18,291 nt of DNA from Ginkgo biloba (Eukaryota > Plantae > Ginkgophyta): NCBI GenBank assembly GCA_024626585.2, contig JANKJI020000002.1:12184570-12202860 (forward strand). Reading direction: 5' to 3'. Every line of letters starts with the position of its first letter. The stretch's first letter is position 1. The notes beneath the pieces were generated by a model that saw nothing but the letters and a program-made list of their open reading frames with translations, had not been told where the DNA came from and did no database searches. The translations under genes were made by a program, and so were the position numbers. This document shows positions 10,631 to 18,291 of this stretch, piece after piece.

Positions 10631-12063
10631 TACTTGCAGTATCAAAAGCTTGAGGATCAATAGTAACATTTGGTGCTGAAATCTCATCTCATTGCATACT
10701 ATGGGGACGAACTTCTGGGATTTTTTGAGCACTGTTGCTCACCAATCCAAGCTCTGATAGAGTCATAAGGTGGACCAAAGTCTTTCTCACTTGTTGCATG
10801 CAAATGAAAATTTTGTGTAGGCAAAGCCATATTGTCAAAAAGATGATTGCTCAAATAGTGGTAAACAAGATGTGACGAAAGTAATAAGCCCATATAAAGA
10901 AAATATAGTTGAGTCGTAGCCTTAACTCAAGGAAAGGACACTAAGAATCTGGAAAATTGAATAGCCTGCCTTCCCTTGTAACCATCTCAATCCTATTAGA
11001 GCACAACTTTAAACCCTTCTTTATTATTAGTTTCATGTAAAGTTGTTTCTTAAATTAGCCTTGGTACCTTATAACTTAAAGGTGTCAAATTTGTATTGTG
11101 TAGAAATAAAATTCCTTTTATTATAAATGGATCATAACATTTATGATGGTGGTGACACTATAATGAAATTGAATTTTATTCTTTCTAGGTACTAGCACTT
11201 AATAAAACTTGCACATGTACTGTTGTTGCATCATTATTGATGAAACTTGATAATGATGTCACTTAGTAATGAACTTAACATTTACTTGGCCAAAATATTT
11301 AAATAACTTACATTGTGCTTGATATTNNNNNNNNNNNNNNNNNNNNNNNNNNNNNNNNNNNNNNNNNNNNNNNNNNNNNNNNNNNNNNNNNNNNNNNNNN
11401 NNNNNNNNNNNNNNNNNNNNNNNNNNCCTAGCAGAGCCCCTTCCTCCCCCAAATCAAATTTGAGAATAAGCAAAATTTGTTTCAATTATTTTCCCTATTT
11501 ATCAAATTTAATACAATCTTCTTTCAATATTCTATAAACAATTAATGCAATATTTTTCTACCTGAACATTTGTTTTGAATGTGTGTTGTTGTTTTTTTTC
11601 TTTATATTGAGAAATTTCATCAGCTGGCTATAGCTATACGGAATCAGTCATTACACCCACTGTTATGGTCTCATTTTATATGTTCTAGAAATGGGCCTTG
11701 ATAGTAGGTGACATGTTTCTGAGTAAAGCCCATTGCTGTATTGGCTATGGACTTTTTGTTACCAATTTTGACAGGTTTTGTAAATGACCAAGTGTCAGAC
11801 CCTAATACCTATTCAGTGAAATGTTATTAAACTTACTTTCCTATGGTTATTATGTTCACTTGATCAAATCTTGATGACCATCAGGGCAACAGAAGCTATA
11901 AGTTTAGTATCTGTTTCATTACTATCATTTTGACTCTCTTTTACTTTCTTTTGCCTTACAATAGGAAAGCTAGCTTGTTATTCTAGTGTACTTATATATG
12001 TTTGAATTATTATACCCCTTGCTTATGCCTTACTTTTTCCATCCCTTTACCTCCAAAACACAG

Positions 12064-12173
12064 GTCAGGCAGGAGCGACATCTGACCAGGTGGACTGTAT
12101 AATAAACTGTGACATTGCATCTGTCTTTATGCCTTGTGCGGGTGAAGATGCATATTTTCATCTACCAATACTG
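12064..12173 (+). CDS. RIT1: RIT1 exon (start of the C-terminal DUSP-like domain); not in the ORF track
   Basis: Pyrimidine tract plus CAG ends at 12063; an in-frame alternative AG ends at 12072. Phase 1 matches the 7977 donor. Reads GQAGATSDQVDCIINCDIASVFMPCAGEDAYFHLPIL, like plant RIT1 VDCILNCD...YLHLP. Donor GTGAGT at 12174, phase 0. Confidence 0.9.
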
Positions 12174-12427
12174 GTGAGTAATATCTGTCAGTTGTCAAGC
12201 TTTTTCTATTAACTGAGATTAAATTGCATACCTAGAATGGATGATATAATAGATGCTTTATTAGACTAGAAGGCAATTTGTAGTATAATTACTAACATGA
12301 AAGTTGTTAAGAATGAAATTTGATTGAGGGGAAAAAAATTACTTGAATGTAAAACCTTTTCTTATATTGTCAGTATCTTGCTTGTACATTGGACCTGAAA
12401 CTTCAACCCTGTTTGGCTGTTTGCTAG

Positions 12428-12607
12428 ACTTCAAAGTTTGATCGGTATGCCTTGCAAAATAATCTTCCTTCAACGATAACATCTACAAAGAAGAATCTGG
12501 AAAGGGGCAAAACACTTCTCGTTTGTTGTCCTAATGGAGAAGATGTAAGTGTATGCATATGTTTGGCCATCCTTTTGTCCTTATTTGATGATGAAGGAGC
12601 CTTTTGA
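12428..12607 (+). CDS. RIT1: RIT1 exon (DUSP-like domain) ending in a premature TGA; not in the ORF track
   Basis: TAG acceptor ends at 12427, phase 0. Reads TSKFDRYALQNNLPSTITSTKKNLERGKTLLVCCPNGEDVSVCICLAILLSLFDDEGAF*, matching plant RIT1 SKFDRFSL..NLP...LLVCCxxGEDISVCVCLAILxSLFDEEG. TGA at 12605-12607. Confidence 0.92.
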   Translation, partial: TSKFDRYALQNNLPSTITSTKKNLERGKTLLVCCPNGEDVSVCICLAILLSLFDDEGAF

Positions 12608-13251
12608 CAAGAAGCAAAGGAGAGACTCCCCTCCCTGGATACGTTTAGAGTCCTAGTGGACCCATGAAACAACAAGTGAACTACGAGATGAGGTAGAACA
12701 TCAAGATATAAGAAGTGACATCATAGACGAAGGACCCACATTTTGGACTTGCAGAAATTTTAGAGAACATGGAATAATACCATACCAATGACCAAGGAGT
12801 ACTAGGATGAGCAACATCAAGGGAAGCTACATGTAATTGTCGTTACCCAGTTGTCTACACAATCAATAAATGATTACACCATCAAGAATTAATTATAATA
12901 CCATAGCTATAAAAGGAGGAAAATGGGGTCTTTTCCTCTTTCTTCAACTCCCTTCAAGGCTTGAACTAGCGGAGGTCTAAAGGGTGGAACTTCTTCTCTC
13001 TTCTTTTCTTGGCTCTTTCCCCTCCTTTAGGAGGGAAATAAACTAATGGATTCTAGTTTTTTGGTCATGGATTTTTAGTTTGGTTTCAAGTGTTGTTGCT
13101 TGAATGGGCTTTGAGATACAATGTTTTGGGATATAAGCCCTAAGTAGAAATTATTTTTGCATACTGTTTTAATAAAAATGAAAATTTTGAAGTTCATGTT
13201 TCTAGTAATGCCATGATGTGAGCTTGGAAATAGTTGTTTTCCATGATTATT
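12605..13251 (+). mobile_element. Putative LTR inserted in the RIT1 exon (3' end lost in an N gap)
   Basis: RIT1 similarity ends abruptly at a TG dinucleotide (TGACAAG...). It is followed by non-coding sequence with a TATA-like GCTATAAAAGG (~12906), a CT-rich stretch and AATAAA (~13171), a U3-R-U5-like layout. No closing CA or TSD is visible. Confidence 0.6.
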
Positions 13252-13512
13252 NNNNNNNNNNNNNNNNNNNNNNNNNNNNNNNNNNNNNNNNNNNNNNNNN
13301 NNNNNNNNNNNNNNNNNNNNNNNNNNNNNNNNNNNNNNNNNNNNNNNNNNNTTGAAAGTTGTTTGAGACTTTACAAGCTAATAGTAACCTGAGCCGACAA
13401 ATGTGTGACATTTGTTTTTCCAACTTGAGCTTCCTATGAGTACACCTTTAATTGAAAAGTGCAACCAAACTTCTAACAAATAAGAGGGCACAATGAAATA
13501 GAAGACTTAGTC

Positions 13513-13579
13513 TTGACTCATTGATATGTCATAATTAAAATTTATTTGTACTATTATATTATGACATATCAATGTTCAA
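13513..13579. repeat. Inverted repeat (17 bp perfect stem, 22 nt loop)
   Basis: CATTGATATGTCATAAT (13519-13535) is the exact reverse complement of ATTATGACATATCAATG (13558-13574). TTGA/TCAA extends it after a small internal loop. Confidence 0.92.
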
Positions 13580-14589
13580 ATTTTTTAAATTGATGTTCCT
13601 CAAGACTCCAACCAAGCATATACTAATCCATATGTCTTAGAATAGAATAAGACTAGCTTTAGCTTTAGCTTTCTTTAGAACCATGCATATGCATATGAGA
13701 TTATATTTCTTTAGCTTTCACTTAGATTAGAAAAAGCATACGCATGCCATGTCAATCTGGGCTCTCTCTTAGAATAGAAACATGCAAACTATTCCTACAT
13801 TCTTCGTACTTTAATGAATATAAGCACCTGCACAACAAGGGTGGTTGTTGCACGACTCCTTGATATCAAGGCAAATACATTTAGTTGTAGTTTCAACAAT
13901 CTTTGGTCTATACAATTTTTGGTCTTATTGTTTCTATATGACATCCTTACATTATTATATGAAATTGTCTTATTTTTTTTCCTTTAACCGTAAGGGGTTT
14001 TAGCATTCTTATGTTTCTTTAGTTTTCTCATGGTTGTTGCATACTTTTCATTGATAACCCAAAATTGTTCCTGCTTTCAAACAATTTNNNNNNNNNNNNN
14101 NNNNNNNNNNNNNNNNNNNNNNNNNNNNNNNNNNNNNNNNNNNNNNNNNNNNNNNNNNNNNNNNNNNNNNNNNNNNNNNNTCAGATACATGACGACTTTA
14201 TATCCATTTGTTTGTCTCTTTGATATGAATCTGGAAATATAATTATCTTTGCAACATTGTTCCTTTATAAGATTGTATAGGGACAACAAGACCTCCCAAT
14301 GGTCAATGTGGATTCCTTGTAGAAAACAAAATTTCAACGGTTCGAAAACAAACATAACTTAGTTTTGAAGTCTGTTTTCATACTTCTTCATATTGGCAGA
14401 ATCGGCTTTTTGAGGTACTTTTGAATGTCCAACCCATTTGTTTCATTTATTCTTTTAAATAAGATTTGAAAGCACTCAATTGTGTGCACATGGCTTATCT
14501 GCTTCTGCTTGGTTCGCTCTTGTTTGAGTCCCATCACAATGCCACCACTCAAACTTTTGCACCAGACAGAAATTTTTCCTTTTCTGCAG

Positions 14590-14681
14590 TGGAGTTTGCA
14601 ATGAAATATGAAATCACTACATCTTCTAGTGAATCTAAAGGCCAATGCAACCTTCATATAAATATAGAACAAGGAAGTTGA
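14590..14681 (+). CDS. Candidate short terminal exon, possibly of RIT1
   Basis: Strong acceptor TTTTTCCTTTTCTGCAG ends at 14589. The phase-1 frame reads EFAMKYEITTSSSESKGQCNLHINIEQGS*. No recognisable homology; position and strand fit a last exon. Confidence 0.35.
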
Positions 14682-14907
14682 GGATCAAGGACTTGTTTGG
14701 GACAATATAAATGCCTTGCAGTATCTGTCCGAAAGGACTTAATTCCTCATGCAGAGGCCTCTATGATTGACACCATGTCTAAATGTAACTGTCCTGCCTC
14801 TTAAACCNNNNNNNNNNNNNNNNNNNNNNNNNNNNNNNNNNNNNNNNNNNNNNNNNNNNNNNNNNNNNNNNNNNNNNNNNNNNNNNNNNNNNNNNNNNNN
14901 NNNNNNN

Positions 14908-15276
14908 GATAAGTGATGTATAAGAAGAGAAAATAAAATATCTAGATAGAGAAAATAAAAGGTCTAGATGCAAAATTAGAATAAAAAAGGAAAATAAGGA
15001 CTAATAATGTCATGTAGAAAAAAGGTGCCAGATCTTCATATGTTCCTAATAATAGTTACAACCACACACCCAAGGAGTACAACTATTTATGTTAGGAAGC
15101 ATATTAATAATACAAGGATTAATGTCCCATCAAATTCAAAGAACAACCAATTACATTGATTAATCCAAAATAACACTTTGATTCTAAGGAGATATCCCTA
15201 TACTAAATGGAAGATTCTATAGCTACAAGTAACTAAGATTCCAATATTGCGCCCCTACAGCCCCCCCGCCCTCCCC
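14908..15276 (-). mobile_element. Polypurine tract and start of a 3' LTR (Ty3/gypsy-like) on the minus strand
   Basis: The minus strand reads TTTTGTGGGGAGGGCGGGGGGGC (purine tract 15276-15260) followed immediately by TGTAGGGG at 15259, a PPT-then-TG junction. AT-rich non-coding sequence runs on to the gap. Confidence 0.6.
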
Positions 15277-15525
15277 ACAAAAAAATAAAATCTAGTTACA
15301 TTATTTGAATATAGAGTTATCAAGAATATATATCTCACGTCGATAGATTCAGTGCTCACATTTTGCTTTGCCATCAAGTCATAACAACTAATGAAAATAG
15401 TTGTGTTTCAAACATACTTNNNNNNNNNNNNNNNNNNNNNNNNNNNNNNNNNNNNNNNNNNNNNNNNNNNNNNNNNNNNGGGAATAAATCCATAATTCAT
15501 ATGGAAAGATCGATACATTAAACGT

Positions 15526-15891
15526 TGTAAGAACTATGATATCCTACTACGTGCACAAGGTAATGTTTCCTTTTGATATTCTTTGAGGTCGAAGCATTTT
15601 ATGGAGGTATGGCATGTAACATAACTAATCACAAGATTAATGAGCCTAGTTAGTAGGTTAGTGGTAAATTATATATAATAATGAATAATTAATTAATATA
15701 ATGAACAATCACATGAATAGGTACCTAATCATGGTAACTCTAGGTTGCCTATATAACTCAACCACTTGCAATGTGACTCGTCATAATTTAGTCATATCCA
15801 TTAATTTCACATTTGATTTATTAAATATCTTCCATTCGAGCATTCTTCTCTAGAGCAAATCTGCCAAGGTTGCTTCAAGTGGTATCACAAC
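15526..15891 (+). mobile_element. 5' LTR with a tRNA-iMet primer-binding-site remnant
   Basis: Starts at TGTAAG (15526; alternatively TGTAAC at 15615), has TATA-like CCTATATAAC (~15748) and ends ...GCTTCA (15877). A 2 nt spacer precedes TGGTATCA (15880-15887), the first 8 nt of the canonical iMet PBS TGGTATCAGAGC. Confidence 0.65.
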
Positions 15892-16734
15892 ATACTTGAT
15901 TCTAAGCCTTGGAATAACAAAAGAAATCATAAAAGCTAAAGGGGAAAATTAATATATTAAAAAGTAAAAAATATACTTATTCCATTCGCCTACCTTTGAA
16001 TAGTAGCCTTTATCTTTATTCGATTCTCATTCTGCTATCCTTCCACTCTTCTCTATCATTGTATAGGAGGAATAAAAANNNNNNNNNNNNNNNNNNNNNN
16101 NNNNNNNNNNNNNNNNNNNNNNNNNNNNNNNNNNNNNNNNNNNNNNNNNNNNNNNNNNNNNNNNNNNNNNNNNNNNNNTGAGGTAGAAATCTTTATGACT
16201 CAAATATAATAATTTTTTCCTTTGTGTCCAGAGGTTGTCATTAAATTTTCAACTCAAGTTTGTAGTCTTTAACCAATGAGGGAAAGATAGAAATTCATCT
16301 ATCATTGTTTCTAATTCTTCTAAGAATAGAAACTAACTGTTGAATTCAAATGGAGAAAATGTTGAAATGAAATGTAGACACAAAATTGAATTATAGAAAT
16401 GAAATGCAATAACCAACAAGAAAGTCTGAACAATTCCACCCTATAACATAAACAAAAGTTCCTATTATACCGCTTAGGATGATAAGTGCCTAGTGCTAGA
16501 TTGGAACCCTTCTATCTAAAACTCTTTAGAGTCATCCAATTCACCTTAATGATCATTATTTCCAAAGGAAAAATTACCTATTTCATTCATTGAATTTAAA
16601 GTATTTATACGTCAAGGGGGGATCAAAGTCCCAACAGTCTTTGCTACTCATAATATTTAAAAACAACTATCGACTAACAAAAATGTAAAGTTATGCACTC
16701 AAATCTTATAAGTGGCAACCTCTATCATCAATGC

Positions 16735-17112
16735 ATGTAACTTACCTCCACTATCGATGTAGGTAAGTATAGCCCAACTTAAGCTACATTTAGCATCATT
16801 GCAGGAAACTACTTACATAGAAGGTATCATTTACATGGCTTGAGATACCCTCATTGCAGTTATAGATACATATTTATACCGATAGGTAGGTGGCTACGTG
16901 CACCTTAGAGGAAGGTAGCAATTACATAGTTAAATATACATACACTATTGCTATAGGTAGCTATTTGCATGCAAAATGCAAGTAGAGTACCTACACCTTG
17001 ATGAAGTTAACTTATTTACTTATAAATTGAAAGAAAACTACCCTTATTACTGGTGTAGATAGCCATTATATGATCATAATGCTAAATTCATAATATTTAT
17101 AGGTAGAATGCA
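16735..17112. repeat. Degenerate array of a ~15 nt motif (AGGTAGCTAYTTRCA-like) with inverted copies
   Basis: Variants: GCAGGAAACTACTTACA (~16801), GAAGGTATCATTTACA (~16820), AGGTGGCTACGTGCA (~16888), GAAGGTAGCAATTACA (~16911), TAGGTAGCTATTTGCA (~16954), TAGATAGCCATTATA (~17056). Hairpin ACTTACCT/AGGTAAGT at 16740-16768. Confidence 0.55.
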
Positions 17113-17279
17113 ACAAAAATAACATCACATGATACTTATTCAACTAAATTCCACCTAGAAAGAGAAAAATACTATAATTTATATCATAACTCTTTTGTTA
17201 AGACATATCAAATACATGCATAATCCTTTTGTAACAAAGTACATGAGAAAATGATGAGATAGAAAATGTTTCATCATTA

Positions 17280-18291
17280 ACCCTTGTGAGAAATCACATT
17301 CCCTCTTAGGAAGTGGATTGTTTCCTTGCCTTTGGTAGTGGATAGGGTGTTGATCATGATGCTACTGATGGTAATCTTAAGGGGCTAGGTTCTCTAATCA
17401 TTGCCATGACCTCCTATTATTATGATTCTCTTTAAGCTCTAGCCTCCCTAGTAACTCTCTTCTGATTCTCATAAATTGACCCAGTTCAGGTGTGTGGCGA
17501 TGGTCTTGCTGCTACAAAACTCCTATTGGATTTTCCCTTCTCTATCACCAACTCCTGCCCTCCTTCCAAGATCTCTCAATTGGATGAGCCAACAGTTAAC
17601 TCAAGCTCAAAACACAAGCTCACCCACAAGAAAGATGTAATGGTGCTTGATCACCAACTACTATGTTCCATAGAGAGATACATACGCACAAAAATACCAC
17701 AGGAAAGGAAAGTAAGAATGTTCCAGTGAACAAAGATGCAACAAACAATGTTTTAACTAGAGAAACCCTCATAGGGAATAAAACTCTAGATTATAATAAA
17801 ATCAATATTTTTCAATTATATTAACCTCCACAGATCTTCCTCATTGTCGGAGGGCCAATACAAGTAATTATAAATAATTTAACATAATGAGCCACTACCC
17901 CTGAACTTTGAGCTACCTCACTTAGCATGTCTACTCAGTCATTTTCTGCTACTATGGCTCAAATGAACTCTTCAACACTTCCACTTCATAAATCATTGGA
18001 CGAAATCCCACGTCATCATCCTGAGTTGCCTCTCTCAATAATCTGCTTAGTCTCTCAATTTTGATTGGCTACTATGGTAGTCTATCACACTAAATAACCT
18101 TTTCCACGATTTCAACACTTTGACCCTTTACTTAAGTTAGCCAACAATTCACCCAACCCATCCTTTCTCTTTTTTCCCCTTGGATTTTATAATTGAGCTT
18201 CATCGATCACAAATAAATAATGCACAACATATCCTTCAACTCTAACAAATGGATTAGGTGAGTAATCGATGATACAATGGATCTTAGTCAT
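17280..18291 (-). mobile_element. Putative LTR retrotransposon 5' end on the minus strand (LTR, degenerate PBS, decayed gag-like N-terminus)
   Basis: The minus strand has GAGTTTTATTCCCTATGAGGGTTTCTCTAGTTAAAA (~17787-17752), resembling the GGTTTTTCCC..GGGTTTCC motif of plant LTRs. It continues ...GGAACA then TGGTGATCAAGC (~17656-17645, PBS-like). A decayed frame follows: EILEGGQELVIEKGKSNRSFVAARPSPHT*TGSIYENQKRVTREARA*RES***EVMAMIREPSP. Confidence 0.45.

Noticed and set aside
10750-10762. GCTCTGATAG as a reverse iMet PBS
   Set aside because: It lacks the required CCA complement (GCTCTGATACCA) and has no adjacent LTR end.
12424-12675. 83 aa minus-strand ORF
   Set aside because: It is the antisense shadow of the RIT1 exon at 12428-12607.
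16735-17112. CRISPR-like repeat-spacer array
   Set aside because: The repeats are short, degenerate, irregularly spaced and bidirectional; the context is eukaryotic with no cas genes.
17490-17729. 79 aa plus-strand ORF
   Set aside because: No recognisable homology; it is probably the antisense shadow of the minus-strand retroelement remnant.

Overview
This is AT-rich, gap-ridden eukaryotic nuclear DNA from a land plant. Long TE-filled introns suggest a large-genome plant such as a gymnosperm, but that is inference. The one recognisable host gene is RIT1 (initiator tRNA A64 2'-O-ribosylphosphate transferase) on the + strand. Four phase-compatible GT-AG exons (6868-7090, 7178-7976, 12064-12173, 12428-12607) give about 430 aa. 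Exon 1 is not visible. The last visible exon stops at ...SLFDDEGAF*, where a TG-initiated LTR-like sequence begins, and the conserved C-terminal tail is absent, so this copy may be TE-truncated. Upstream lie two decayed L1-clade LINE copies; the second is followed by an unexplained decayed acidic ORF and a duplicated 3' end. A decayed Ty1/copia gag-PR-IN fragment sits in the 4.1 kb intron. Downstream are LTR, PBS and PPT remnants, a hairpin cluster and a degenerate motif array. I cannot demonstrate a wholly new system. The best leads are the exon-interrupting insertion in RIT1, the LINE-associated acidic ORF and the hairpin/motif arrays.
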